Shown here: in pieces, positions 12,909 to 25,527 of the stretch | How the letters are laid out: each line of letters opens with the position of its first letter | Numbering within the stretch: position 1 is the first letter of the stretch | DNA from: Lama guanicoe | Lineage: Eukaryota | Direction of reading: 5' to 3' | NCBI GenBank assembly: GCA_013239625.1 | Contig: MU053881.1 | Coordinates: forward strand, 7,835,957 to 7,899,956 | DNA: 64,000 nt | Notes under the pieces: generated by a model | What the model was told of the DNA's origin: nothing | Seen by the model: only the letters and a program-made list of their open reading frames with translations | Database searches by the model: none | Position numbers and translations under genes: made by a program

Positions 12909-13350
12909 TTCATTCATTCTCGCGTCATATGCCACACGTTTGTTGAGAGCATGGTAGACGCTGCGCAAGTCTCTTGGGGTGAAGTGGTGGGCACAATAAG
13001 TATGCCCATGCCTTCAGGAGTTCATAGGCAGATGGACAAGCTGGACGCTAACGAAATAATAACCCAGGTACGTCACGAGAAGCCCTGAAACATGCCAGAC
13101 AAGAGAAAGGGACTACGGGAGCATACCCCGGGGTGTCAAAATGGCCAGGAAGGAGGCACGTGGAGCTGAGACCAGCAGGAGACGAACTCAGTCGGCCAGT
13201 GCGGGAGGGAGGGAGGAGCCTGGTCCCGGGAAGAGCAGGTGCAAGGGCTCTGAGACAGGAGCCGGTGAGACTCCTTCAGAGAACAGCAACTACTGTCAGT
13301 GGACCGAACCCAGAGGGGAAGGAGGTGAGTGTCACATGTAAAGGGCTAGG
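12909..13350 (-). mobile_element. L2 3' end
   Basis: ttcattcatt...tttgttgagagc tail, gccttcaggagttcatagg, gcaggtgcaagggctctgag. Confidence 0.7.
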
Positions 13351-13789
13351 CAGCTTGATGGACCTCAGTTTTCCCGTCCATGTAATAAACATGGTGCTGC
13401 CTTCTCTTGTCTGCACCATAGCAAAATTGTAAGCATAGAGTGAGAGAGTAGCTTTGTGACTGTCATCTGTGCTGCGGTGTTTATGGAGATCCTGCCAGGC
13501 ACCGGGCATTTCCCTTACAGGGGAGAGTCAAGGCTGGAATCACAGTGCTCAACCTGCTGACGCTGCTGAATGCTGGCCGTGTGAAATCCAGGACCTTCTG
13601 CTTTCATATTTCTACACTCTCTCCCCATTTTTCACCATGTACCCGTGTGAGCCTGCCTGTTGTGAGCTCTTCTCTCTCTCTCTCCCTCCCTCCCCTTCCT
13701 CTCCCTCCTCTTTCTCGCCCCCTCTTCTCTCATACACCCACGCACATGCATCCCTATTGTTTATTTAAACAAAATTGTAATCATACTGC

Positions 13790-14110
13790 ACTGCGACAGT
13801 GTGTGGGTTATGGCTTCGGCTTTGGTGTCAGGTTGAGTTTGTATCTTGGCTGTGGTCACCACTGGCCACCCAACCGTGACAAAGGTACTTAACCTCTTTA
13901 AGCCTCTTTAAGTTTCTACATCTGCAAAAAGGAGGTGTGAATATCTGCTTCACTGGTGGTGTCTGGATTAGACAAGAAGACAGTCCACAGAGAGCCCCTA
14001 GCAAACTGTAAACCCTCGATAGACAGTAACCCTAACGACAGTGTTGTTGGCCTTCCTGTATGGCTTAGTACAACATCTGGCACCTAGTAGGTGCTCCGTA
14101 AATGATGGTA
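13790..14110 (+). mobile_element. MIR followed by an L2/MIR tail
   Basis: gtacttaacctctttaagcctc...catctgcaaaaagg and ctggcacctagtaggtgctccgtaaatg. Confidence 0.7.
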
Positions 14111-14285
14111 CAGTTCCTGAGAATAGCATTGATAAGGATGCTTTAGAATAAAGAGGCACAGACACAACTTATAAAAAAATGAGGAGTTACTAGCTTTTAG
14201 GACTCATCCCCTTTTCCTCTTTCTTTCTGCATCTCTATTCTCTCTGGATTGAATGGGCTTTCTTTTTATCTGTTTCTTTTCCCCA

Positions 14286-14570
14286 GACTTTATTTTTTTA
14301 GAGCAGTTTTAGGTTCACAGCGAAGTTGAAAGGAAGCTGCAGAGGTTTCCCATCTACCCCTCCCCCACGCAAGCATGGCCCCGCCATGGTCAGCATCCCC
14401 CACCGGAGTGGTACGTTTGTTACAGTTGATGAACCGGCATTGACACACCATAATCACTCAAAGCCCACCGTTTACATTAGGGTTCACTCTCAGTGGCGTA
14501 CATTCTGTGGTTTGGACAAACGTACAATGACACGCATCCATCACTGTAGTGTCATACAGAGTATTTTCTC
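14286..14570 (-). mobile_element. L1MC-like 3' end
   Basis: ttttttagagcagttttaggttcacagc...gtggtacgtttgttacagttgatgaacc...ttacattagggttcactc. Confidence 0.85.
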
Positions 14571-14574
14571 TGTG

Positions 14575-14770
14575 GGTGGGCTTCATGTAGCAGAAAGGTG
14601 GTCTCCAGAAGTTCCAAAGATGTGTTCTTTCACCCACGACCAACCTGGAAAGGATGTCGTCTTCCAGCTCCGGGCGCAACAGCTCCCAGTGTGGACTCTC
14701 GTTGGCTCTGCTGGCACACACGCCCGTCACATGGACCAGTGACGGCAGCCTGGGATCGGAGCTGGGGTGG
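14575..14770 (-). mobile_element. Old MaLR (MLT1-type) LTR fragment, possibly continuing at ~14130-14260
   Basis: ggactctcgttggctctgctggcacacacgcccgtcacatggaccagtgac motif. Confidence 0.45.
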
Positions 14771-15639
14771 TTGGCAATCCCCGCTGTACGATTGTGGGGT
14801 GGGAGTGGGGGTGTGGGAGCAGGTTGTCCCATAGAGGGTGGGATGGTTTAGTGGGGACACCCCCTGATTAGGACCCAGGCTCAACTCACCAGTGCTCTTG
14901 AGCAGACTCGTCAGGGCTTCGAGGATTAGCGCTCTGTCATTTGACTCAGGACCTAGACGCTTCGTGAGTCCCAGTCTACACTCTGTCTCAGAGCTAATGA
15001 ACTGCTTTGCCATTTCTCTCTGTCTCTGGGCTGAATCCAGTGGGCAGTGACCCAACGCCCAAGTGATTTGCGAGCCTGAAGGAGGAGGGGAGAGGCTGAT
15101 TATGGAGTCAGCAATTACTCTGCCCAAGCCCATGCCTGGCAGGGCCTTATCTTTATTTATAGCTGGCTGAGCCTCCCAGAGCCCAGTTTTTGCCCTTGAG
15201 TGACTAGTACACTGCAGTTTTAGTTCATAAAACACTGTTTGTTTATAATCCTTAACGGATTCTGTTTTATTAAAAGAGAAGTCTCCATCCAGAGTATAAA
15301 TAACGTTAACTGGTTAAGTTTTAGTTTACATTCACAGCGAATACGCAATGGATGGGCACACACCACAGAATTATGCACACTCATGACCTGACTTTATTAA
15401 AAAAAAATGTTTAAAGGTCTCTGCGGTCTGAACAAAACCTTTTCCAAAGAAAGGAGAGTTGGAGTGGAGGAATTTAAGATTTTTAAATCAGCTTTGTGGC
15501 AGTGTTTTTTTTTTTTTAAGTTTCTTTTTGTTTCTTTGACAGTATTTATAGCAGGCACAATGTCTTTGGGTACAGTTCTATGATTGGGGGGATGGAATTG
15601 GGGTAGACCTGAGTCTGTTTCTATTTAAGTGTGTGTATG

Positions 15640-15970
15640 TGAGTGAGTGAATAAGAGAAAGAAAAAGAGACAGAGACAGAGAGAGAGAGAACAAATCAAG
15701 GGAACAGAGAAGAGGGTTCTTGGAGCTGGTGGCCCTGAGCTGAATCTTGAAAGATGGGTCCGATTCTGAACAGTTCAGAAGCGAAAAGGAAGGAAAAAAC
15801 ATGAGTCAGACTCATGGCAAAGGGAAAAAGTTGGGTTGTTTAGGTTACTGTGAGAGGATCAATTTGCGACAGCACAAAGATGACACAGGGAGATTAGACT
15901 CAGAGATAGGGCCCTGCTGGAGGCTGACGGCCAAAGGGTTTTACACTTGATTTAGAAGGCAGTGGGGAGG
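15640..15970 (-). mobile_element. L2 fragment
   Basis: ttctttggagctggtggccctgagctgaatcttgaaagatggg. Confidence 0.65.
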
Positions 15971-17029
15971 AGCATGGCTGACCTTACCTCTTACGTGATT
16001 CTTCCTGGTCCCATCCCTTGGAAATGGTCTTCCCTCTTTTAACCAGTGTCTCCCCTGAACCCTGGTGGAGCAGCCCCCATTGCTCTCCTGCCCGCCCTCT
16101 CTTTCGCCTTCCTTCTTCTCCTGTCGGTCTTTGTGGTTGCAACACCCCCTGGAGAGGTGGCCTCTGTGTGGCAGTTTGCTCTTGTAAGGAAGGAAGGGGA
16201 GATTTCAGGGTCTCTGTGGGGTGAATAGGCTCTGAATTTCTTGCCAAAGACCTACTAGTGCTTCAGGAGTTTCTGAGTAAACTTTGGCCCCTAGTGGAGG
16301 GAGCGGGTCTTTGGGATCTTCCCGTAGCAGCCTTGCCAAGGGGGAGAGAAGTCCCGGAGAGAAGATGGGATTTTTCAAGGCAGTAAAACTCCAGGGGATG
16401 CCAGGAATATCCTGCCTGCATCCTTCCTTCTTCTCTTCCTCCCTCCCTTCCTTCCTTTCTTCCGATGAATAAATTTGTTAAGCCCCTATTATGTACTTGG
16501 CATTTTTCATAGACTGTCCCATTTTCTCCTTGGAGAGACCTGGAAGGGTTTCTTGGGACAGAAAGATCGCAGCCTCAAGCATCGTCGCGGTCCTTACACA
16601 CACAGGAAGGGACGGCAAATACCTGGCGTATTTGTTGAGACTCTCGCCTGTAGCCAAGGCCAACATCACAAATAGATCACAAATGACTGTCTCGCAGCGC
16701 CTAGAAGATGCCTCAGAATCATTCTTGACACAGGTGTCCAGGCGGCAACTCCCAGCTGGTAAGAGTGGGCTCCCAGGATTGGCCCTGCAGGTCTGACGTC
16801 CTTCCTAAATACCACCTGGGTGTGCCCGACTTCCTTCACACGCGGCTGCCTGGTGCGCCTGGAGCACCTGCAGCTGCGTACGCCCCGCCCCACCTGCCCC
16901 CCTCCTCGTCTCGCCCCCCACCTGGCCCTTCCCGTGCTCACTCGCAGCTGAGAGGACGCACTGGCCGCCACTGGAAACTGGCAGTGGTATCTGAGGCTGG
17001 GGCCAGTGGTGAAGAGGCAAGGGTTAACT

Positions 17030-17190
17030 CTGCAGGAGACAGAAGCCTGGGTCCTACTCCGGGCTCGTCACTGACTAGCTGGGACCTTGGGCAGGTTCAT
17101 TCGCCTGCCTGGGCCTCCGTCTCCTCATCACTGAAACAGGAGTTTGGATGAAGTGGGGTCTTGTGTCCCTTTAGGCTCTGACATTTTCTG
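17030..17190 (+). mobile_element. MIR/MIR3 SINE
   Basis: cactgactagctgggaccttgggcaggttc...ctgggcctccgtctcctcatc...ttaggctctgacatt. Confidence 0.8.
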
Positions 17191-18959
17191 ATCCGGTGGA
17201 TTACATATTTCACTTTTAAATCAAAAAAAAAAAAAACGAAATTCCAGCCGTGCCTTTAGTGATGAAGGAAATAAGAAAGGAAGGAGGTAAAACAGGTTTC
17301 TGGGTTTTGTTACTACTGTATGTGTATAAATACAAATAAGAGCCCTGTGATCTGGAACCGCGCAGAACTCAGCGCGGGGTCTCCCTTAGACCTTCGGCAT
17401 CGCTGCCACGTCTCTTTAACTCCTTGTGCCCGGGGCCCCTGCTCCTGGCCTCGTCTGCTCATCCCTGAAGCCTGCAGGAGGAGGCGACGGTGGTTCCCAC
17501 AGCCCTTTCCTGAACAGAATCTGGCTCTGCCCCCAGCCTGTCTGTGCCACTTTCCCATCATCCAGGAGGATCTTGGCATCCTCTGGTCTCTTGCCCCCCA
17601 GGCAGGCCTGCAGATTCCTCCCCTAGGTCAGGACGGGGGCAGTGGGGAGGTGGCAGCCGGCCAGCCGCCCCCTCCCTGCTGAGGCATGCTCGCTGTACTC
17701 AGAATGTTTGAGCTGCGGTTAATATATCAATATTTGCTCGGGAGGGTGTTTGGCACAGAGCAGGTCCCCAGGACGCCAGCAGATAGATTGCCTTCCCTCG
17801 CAGCATTCTTCATTGTTTTGGCAGAGATGAAGGGGTGACTCGCTGCTGACAAGAGGCGTGGAAAAGCAGCCCCGCTTTTCCCAGTCTCACAATGTGGCCC
17901 CGTAGGGTGTTGTCAGTGCCTCATAGTGTCCCCGTCACTCCCTATTTCCCGGTTATATTTCACTCACTCCCCCTCTGCTGGAGTTCTGGTCCTTATACTC
18001 ACGTTTGTTTCGCCCACTGGACTGGAAGCCCCTGGGGGTCAGGCTACGCCGGGAGGAGTAGAGCTTAGGAGCTGAAAGTGTGAGCCTCGGCTGGATCCTG
18101 CTCTTGCTGGCCAGACATACACCCTGGGCAAGCGCCTGCCTCTCACAGCCTCAGGCACCCCTCTGGGAAGGGAGGAGGAGGATGGCAGAGGAGCGGTAAG
18201 GGCTAGCAGAACACCTCGCACACAGTGAGTGCTCTGTAAAGGTCGGGCCTTGTTAATCATCGCTTTCCCCTTTCGATCAATATCTGGTCATTCTTGGATC
18301 CTTTTGCTGCCCTCAGTTTCTTGAGGACAAGGACTGAACCCTGTCTTTCTTCTGTGGTTCTTCTGCCTCCTAGCAGCACAGTGCTGGCTCACACGAAAGA
18401 CTCCCGCAACTCTGGGGCTTTGATGGAGGTGCCCCGCAGTCACAGGCTGGTGCCCTCGCAGCCCTGGGCAGGAGCACCCGGGGGGAGCCACCGGCACCAG
18501 GGAGAGAACTTGTGCCTGGACTCAGGCCAGGGCTTTCCAGCGAAAACCGAGAGGGGGACCCTCCGGTCTGCGATCTCTCTGGGAGGCGGATTTAAAGACG
18601 ACGGGGGCCCGGGGCGGTCTTCCCTCCAGGGAGGGCTGGGGCCGTTGGGGCAAGAGGGAGACAGCACTTCTCAGCTGTGTCCATGGATCACTGAAGCTTT
18701 CCTATAGTTCCTCTAAACATTAGAACAGTTTCCCCCATTACTACGTCACTTAGCGGCCAGTTCTGCTCTGAAGCACTTTCTGGAGTTGAAGTCAGGGACT
18801 GCGTGATAGCTGGGGTCCCCAGCGTTTGGCAGGTGTGCCACGCACAGGGGCGTTGGATAGCAGCTGAGGTGCCACCGATAGGGAAGAGGCCAGACCTGTC
18901 CCAGTTCCTGGGACGAGACTCAGGCGCAGAGGGCAGGGCAGAGCGGCCGCAAGATGGGA

Positions 18960-19600
18960 ACTTACCGTGTGCCAGGCTCCAACGTAAGGGTTTTACATGC
19001 ACGGTCCCATCTGGTCTTCGCCGCCACTCTGTGAGGCAGGTGCCTTAGGTCACACTCCGTAGAAGCGGTGCCTCAGCTCCAGATTCTTTCTCAAGTGATT
19101 TGATGCGGAAGTACTCACAGAGAGATCCTTAAGGAAGCGAGGGACGCAGGATGGGACCGGGAGGATGCCAAGCAAAGTGTGGCTGCGGGAAAAGTCCAGC
19201 CCCTGCCTGATCCCACGGGCAATGCTGGCCAGTGAGTGGCACCTCAGGCCTGCTCCCACTTGAGGCGAGGAGGCTGGGCTTCTGTCCTCCTGTGTCAGTC
19301 ACTAGCTGCAGATCGCACCTCCCGGAAGAGGGTGGGTACAAATCCCCCTGCATTTCTGGGAGAACGTCTCCCGTATTCCAACGGCAGCTCCGAGCTGTTA
19401 GCAGCCAAACCCTAGGGCGGCTGGGAGCAGTAAGGGGAAACTGGGTGGCGCACCAGCAGCCCCTGCTACCATGAGTGTGGTTAATAGCCCCATTTTCCAG
19501 ATGGGGAATCTGAGGCCTAGAGTGTTCATGTAACTGGCCGCCAGATGTGTGCAGCCAGGGGTCAAACCCAGGCGTCGGTCTCCAGAGCCTTTGGTCTTGC
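18960..19600 (-). mobile_element. MIR split by an LTR16-like ERVL LTR (~19041-19470)
   Basis: MIR halves at ~18960-19040 and ~19480-19600. The insert ends ggcgcaccagcagcccctgctac, like an antisense LTR16 start. Confidence 0.6.
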
Positions 19601-19764
19601 ATGACTTACACGCTCTCCCCTGATAACTCGTGAGTCCTGGTCAAGGGCCGGGTGGGAACCAGTAAATGAGAGACAGGTGAGACGCGGGCTCAGAAGCCCT
19701 GGAAAGAAGGTTTAAAGAGGCCACGGGAGGAGCTCAGGGGACAAGACCAGACTCTAGGCCTCTG

Positions 19765-19881
19765 TGGTGTGGCTAACTCATCCTGCTTTGTCTGGGACTT
19801 TCCCAGTGTGGGCACTTAAAGTCCCACATCCTGGGACCCCCTCCCTGAGTCCCGGGCAAATCAGGACAGTTGGTCAGCCCA
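19765..19881. mobile_element. MER81-like hAT-Blackjack MITE
   Basis: catcctgctttgtctgggact...gtcccgggcaaatcaggacagttggtcagccc, ~115 bp with inverted ends. Confidence 0.8.
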
Positions 19882-20256
19882 GCCTTTGGGATGCGAGCCA
19901 GGTAAGGAGGTGAGGGTCTTTATTTATGGTGCTGGTGAGACAGGTCAAAGGTAATCAGAGCTGTCATCCTCAGGGCTCCCGACGTTGGAGCCACCGCAGC
20001 TTAGGGCTGTTTAGGGCACACGGGTGAGGGAGGCAGGGGGCGAGCCAGGAAAAGCCCCTGGCAGGAGGGTATCCTGGCCAGGCGCTGAGCAGAGAGGGTG
20101 GTCTGAGATCCAGGGTGGGCTAATGAGAGGAGAGACTTGGATGGATCGGAGAAGGGGAGGGGAGTAAGTTACCAGTCCCCTGAGGCCTCCTCACGGAGCT
20201 TGCCAGAAATAGATACCCTTCTCCTGCCTCCCGCTTTGAAGCAGGCTGTTTTGCTA

Positions 20257-20298
<42 letters not shown>
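20257..20298. repeat. Compound (TG)10(AG)11 microsatellite
   Basis: Read directly from the sequence. Confidence 0.95.
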
Positions 20299-20299
<1 letters not shown>

Positions 20300-20614
20300 A
20301 CAAGGGAGAAGGAGGGAAGGAGGATGCACGTTTGAATTAATCCGATGAGTGAGTGTTTTCCTATTAAGTTCCACCCCATCCATAGGGCCGAGCAAGGCCT
20401 TTTCAAAGCCCCGATCATCTGGATCTGAGTAATCTGCCGACCTAACAGGAGAAGCTCTCATGAACCCAGCAGCCATGGAACTCATGAATAATCATGGCCT
20501 TTGGTGAAGCTGTCTGGGTACCAGGCAGAAGGGTGGTCAGGATCTGAGGTGCAGAGGCCTGAAAGCAAGTCCTGGATCCCCAGGATTGAGTCTTAGGCTG
20601 TAAGGACTCAACTC

Positions 20615-20730
20615 TCACATATGTGTATATAATCTATATGGTGTAGGTATATAAATACGTGTATAGGTGTGTATATATGCATACATAGAGTCATGTGTAT
20701 TAGGTACATGTGTACACACACTGCACACAC
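20615..20730. repeat. Degenerate TA/TG/CA simple repeat
   Basis: Read directly from the sequence. Confidence 0.8.
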
Positions 20731-22019
20731 CTGTGCTTCTAATCAGAAAAATACCCTGGCCCATTCTGTAGATGGGAAAACTGAGCTCAGGCCCAGACTC
20801 AGGGCTCAGGCTTGTTTTTAGGAGTTGAAAGCAGGGGCCAAGGGTCATCAAGTTTAACCTCCAAAATGGTCGCTTTAGCAATTCTGCCCACTGCATGATT
20901 GACCCGTGGTCCAGTCGGACCCATGATTGAACTGCCACCTCCTGCCCTTTCAAGAATACAGGTGGTCACGTGACGGTCCGGGGGCATAGGATGGTGGAGC
21001 GGAGTTCTGGCTGACAGCATCTCCGCTTCGGCGGCAGAGGGTGGGCGGGGCTCCATGGCGTGGGTCCTGGAGAGCATACTGGGACATGTAGCCAGGTGAC
21101 GTGCAGGGACCCCCTTTGGTTTAGACGTCTTTCAGTTCACCACCGATACTTCCATCTGCTAGTTCATGCTGCTTTCTCTGTTTCCTAGTCAGTGTTAACC
21201 GCTGAGAAGTCTGCCGCTTTGGGGGAACGCTCTGGGGAAGGGGTCCTCCTCTCCCCCTGGGCTGGATGCTGACAGTGACATCCAGCCCAGCTCCTCCCCA
21301 AATGGTGGGAAAATTGAGTCAACTTAATTTCTAGTTCTCCTGGTCCAGCATCCTGGCCCCTTTCCTTTTGTTCCGGAGACTGTCCTGGGAGAAGCAGGGT
21401 TGAGAAAGGCGCTGGCCTTTCCCTGTTCGGGACATGACATGGAAGACCACGCTGGTGAGGCGGTGAAGTTGGGACTGACTGGGGCCTGCTTTCTCACGGA
21501 CCAAGGCTGTTGCCTCAGGTCCCTCAGTCTCTGGGAACAAAGGGAGCTTCTGTCCCATTTAGTGGGGCCTTCCCAGCCCACCCCCGAGGTGGTGAAGGGG
21601 CGGCGGGAAGATGGATCCAAGAAGGCCAAGGCTGGGAAGCAGCGCAGTCCAGTCCTTTCCCAGCTTCCAGTGTTTTGAAGACTTCCTGACGTTTCTTGTC
21701 TCTGCCCCTCAGAGAGAGCTACGTGTACTTTACACCATGACCCAGGACACAGACGCATAGAAATATAGAAATGCAGAAAGAAGAGAGCCATGGAGCAATA
21801 CTTACCCTTCTGGTATCACTGGCGGCGAGGGCAAGTATTGGTCCTGTGTTTCTGGTGGTTTCTACGCTACTTCATGTTTTGAAAGTCTTCGTGTTGATGG
21901 TAGTTAACAGTTGGTGGGGTGGAGAAGAGATCACCGCCCACAGGGTGAAAGAACACTGGTCTGGCAGAGGAGGCAGAGGCACAGGGAAGGGAAATGATTT
22001 ACCCAGGGTCACACGTCAC

Positions 22020-22690
22020 GCACGGACATTTATCCAGCAGCTACTACGTGCAAGGAACTGCCCCAGGCCGTAGAGGGATCGTGGGGAGCAGAGCGCATGT
22101 GATCTCCACCCTCCCGGTGCTTAGCGCCTCATGGGGGAGGTAGACGTGAAACAGAAACACAAACAGACCGACGTGCACAATCATGGTACAAGGTGGGACC
22201 GGTGCTGTGGGGGAAGCAAGCCCAGAGCTCCAGGGCAGACCCGCTGGAGGCGCAGGGATGGCCGGCGCCTGCTTTTTGATTGGGTGGTCGGGAAAGGTCT
22301 CCTTGCAACATTAAGCCAAGAGAATTAGGCAACTACGGAGGGAAGGCAGGCGTTGTTGGAGTGGAGGGGGCGTGTTTTGAAAAAAGGGGGCAGCAAGGAT
22401 GGAGACCTTGGGTCAAAGAAGAATGGAACCGGAGCTGAAAGAAAGCCGGCGTGTCTGGAGCAGAGTGATAGGGAGAGAGGCCTGCGATGCTCACACAGAG
22501 ACCCAAGAGCTCACCCCTGAAGGCCTTTGGACTTTCTTCTAAGTGGGAGCCACTGAAAGAGCTTAAAGCAGGTATTGGCGTGGTCCCATCTATGGCTTTC
22601 ATATATCCCCTGGGCTCCTAGGTGGAGAGAAGGTTGGAGGGGGGGAGTGTGGAAGAGGAAGATCAGTGGATTTTAGTCTACAAATTCTCC
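22020..22690 (-). mobile_element. L2 3' fragment
   Basis: catttatccagcagctactacgtgcaagg...ggcctttggactttcttctaagtgggagccactgaaagagcttaaagcagg. Confidence 0.75.
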
Positions 22691-24649
22691 GTAAAGACCA
22701 AAGGATCCGCCTTTGCAGGGGCCCAGCGCTTTGCACACTCGGAAAGACCGCATCATTAATGAAACATTTGCATCTTAGGAAATGATAAAACAGGCTGCTA
22801 CATGTAAAAATTAAGTAACTCAATTTGTTTTAACAGCTTGTGCTCTAGTACAGCAATTTGTTTGGCACATACACGGGACTCCATCTGAACGGTAATTATG
22901 CCACGCTAATTATTTTGCTGCGTCGTGTACATCTGACATTTAATTACGGGCAAGTGTGTGAGGGTAGATTTTCTTCCTCCCTCTGCCTGCCTGACAGGTA
23001 TAGTGTTGTTGCCCGAACCTCTTTTCCACCTACGTTGTCTTTATGCCAACTTGTCATCTGCCACGAAATCGTGTTTCCATGACAGCTTAGCTCAGCCATG
23101 TTGCCTGCAACTTGCAGACAATCACCAAAATAAACAGTTGACACAGATGTCATTCTCACCCTCCCGTTCTGCCTCTCCCTCCCGCTTGATCTGGCTCCTA
23201 CTATGAAGATTGTGTGGGTTTTTTTTTTCTTTCTTTCCACTTTGAGAGAGGAAAGTGATCCCTGTCAGCCTTGCGCATCCTTTGATACGTTGGCACGTCT
23301 CCCCGTGGCTTCTCTTGTGACCTCTGCCCTTCTCCATGGAGACGGCTGGCAGGCTGACTCGTGTGGCCCCGTGTGCAGACGATGTGGCCAGCCGCTGTGG
23401 GTGGTAGACAAACAGGCTCCAACTTTGCATTCACGAGAAGGTGGCAAAGATGGGCTCACCTCTCATGATTCCAAGGCTGCGGATCAAGGCTGCGGGGTGC
23501 TCTTCAAAGGGTGCCACTGACAAACGCCATCGAGCGCCGTCAGGCTGGGTGCCCGGCCACGCCCTGCAGAGATGGGGCTGGGGGCCGGCTGGGGAAGGGC
23601 AGAAATGCAGAATCTCCTCGGGAGGAGGGGAGCAAAAGGAAGATGAGTCACGTCAGCACCTCCTGCTGGTCTGTCATCTTGGCTGGTGTGTCTGTAATGG
23701 TCTCTCCACGAACAGGAGAGGGCCGTCTGTGCCTCTCTGCTGGAGGGAGGTAGTTGAAAAGAGAAAAGAAGTTGTGAGAGCAGAACAAGAAAGAAGGGAA
23801 AGGCTTGGAAATGAAAGTGACCAGAACACCAAAAGGGATTTTTTAGAAAATGTGCATTGCTACAAGACTCGATCTTAACATAGAGCAAAGGTGCACTGAA
23901 TCACACACACACAACACACACAACACACAACGTATAAAAGGAATGTCCAGGGGGTTCAGGGATCATGGGAATCCTCCCAAGGCTAGAGCAGGAGCCATTC
24001 TTCCCTCTGTGTTCATTATATTTCCTCTTATACCTGGAGTTAGCCAAGAAATTTGGTGCACCTTAGGGAAATAAAGATTAGACCTAAAGACCTTCAGCTT
24101 GGTACAGAATGTGCTCTTTGAGAAGTCCTGGTTCCTGCTAAGTTCAAGCTGTCTTTGATTTGGGTCTTTCCAGCTTATGTTTTGCTATTTCGGACCCAAA
24201 GCTGCAGACCCTCTGGGCCAGGAATTTGCATCAGTCCGCGCTCCCCGCGAGAGCCGGGTGAGCCTCTGTTGGTTCGCAAGATGACTGTTGGTGGCACATG
24301 GACCAATGTATATTTTTTTCAGTTTAATAGTCATATATTCATTTTAATGTGCATTAATATATATATAAGCAGACATCAAACACATGTGTTAATGGATATA
24401 ATAAAGTTTCTTGTACAAATTCAGGTTTGGCATGCCTTCTTGGTTCCTCTCTTCCAGACCTTTCTACTCACTTTACAGACTTGCTTAAAATGCTCTCCTT
24501 TTAGGCACCCCATCCTCAGTCATCCCCCCCGGCTCTCTTCAACCCTCTCTTGTCTTACCTCTATTTCTTCCTCCTCCCCTGCTTCCTCTTCCCCTTCCTT
24601 CTCCCTGTTACCATCCACAGGTGTTCCCTAGAGATGGGCACGTGCGGGA

Positions 24650-25010
24650 CATCAATCAGGAATGTGTTCAGCTGTAGTGACAGAGAAGTCATGCCCTGGC
24701 TTAAAGAAATGGGGCTTTTGAGTCCTGAGGGAGGCACGATAGAGCTGATGCAGCTGTTCCTGGGTGACCTCGAAGTCCCAGGTGCTTTCTTGCCTCCTGG
24801 GCCTCCATCCCTCCCAGGTGACCTCCATCTTCATGTCTGCAAGAAGGCTGCTACACAGAAGTGATACCTGTGAAGGCCTCGTTCGGTGTTTAGGAAGTGA
24901 AACCCTTCCACGTTCATCTCATTGGCCAGAACTGCTTCACATGGGGGTACCTAGCTGCAAGGGATGTGGAGAGAGAGAGAGAGCGTGTTTTAGCTTTACA
25001 ATCCTCAATA
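24650..25010 (-). mobile_element. Old MaLR LTR (MLT1J/K/L-like)
   Basis: cagctgtagtgacaga...tctcattggccagaactg...cctagctgcaaggga. Confidence 0.7.
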
Positions 25011-25338
25011 GCAGCGCAGTAGAGGAAGGTGAGGAAGAACTGGATTATGGGTGGTTTAGGGGTGGCTGAACCGGAACGAGCCAAGGGGAAGGACAAGAAG
25101 AAGTGTGGAAAGTCACCTCTGTGCTCACGATCTCAGGGTTGAGAAAGTATGTGTTAAAAGTTAACCTTGTGATCTTATATAAGTTGATGTACTGGCACAA
25201 ATTTATAGAATTAGAAAAGGGCTTAGAGATCATTTGGACCTGGCCCATATTTTAAGAGATGAAGAAACTAAGTCTGAGATAAAGGGGCTTAGTCAAGGCT
25301 CAGCCAGACAGGTACCCTCTCTGTAGACCTTGCCAGTC

Positions 25339-25527
25339 CTGGGGTTCTCCTTTGGACAAAGCATCAGAATCACCTGCAGGGCTTGTTAAAATACCTATCG
25401 CTGGGCCCCACCCCCAGAGTTCAGAATCCGGTAGATTCCGGGTGAGGCCTGAGAATATGCATTTTAATCAAGTTCCCAGGTGATGTGGATGCTGCTGGTC
25501 CAGGAACCCCGCTTTGAGAAGCACTCT
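25339..25527. mobile_element. MER5A hAT-Charlie MITE
   Basis: gcatcagaatcacctgcagggcttgttaaaa...aagttcccaggtgatgtggatgctgctggtccaggaaccccgctttgagaagcac. Confidence 0.9.

Noticed and set aside
14796..14817. Canonical G4 motif (a similar one is at 33245-33266)
   Set aside because: Common in GC-rich mammalian DNA and has no supporting context.
14630..15235. 201-aa ORF
   Set aside because: No recognisable domain; starts at a non-ATG codon; partly overlaps a repeat.
20965..20974. Perfect CLEAR/E-box palindrome GTCACGTGAC
   Set aside because: A single isolated motif with no promoter context.
21798..21807. ATACTTACC as a U1 snRNA 5' fragment
   Set aside because: Similarity stops after 9 nt; better read as an antisense splice-donor consensus.
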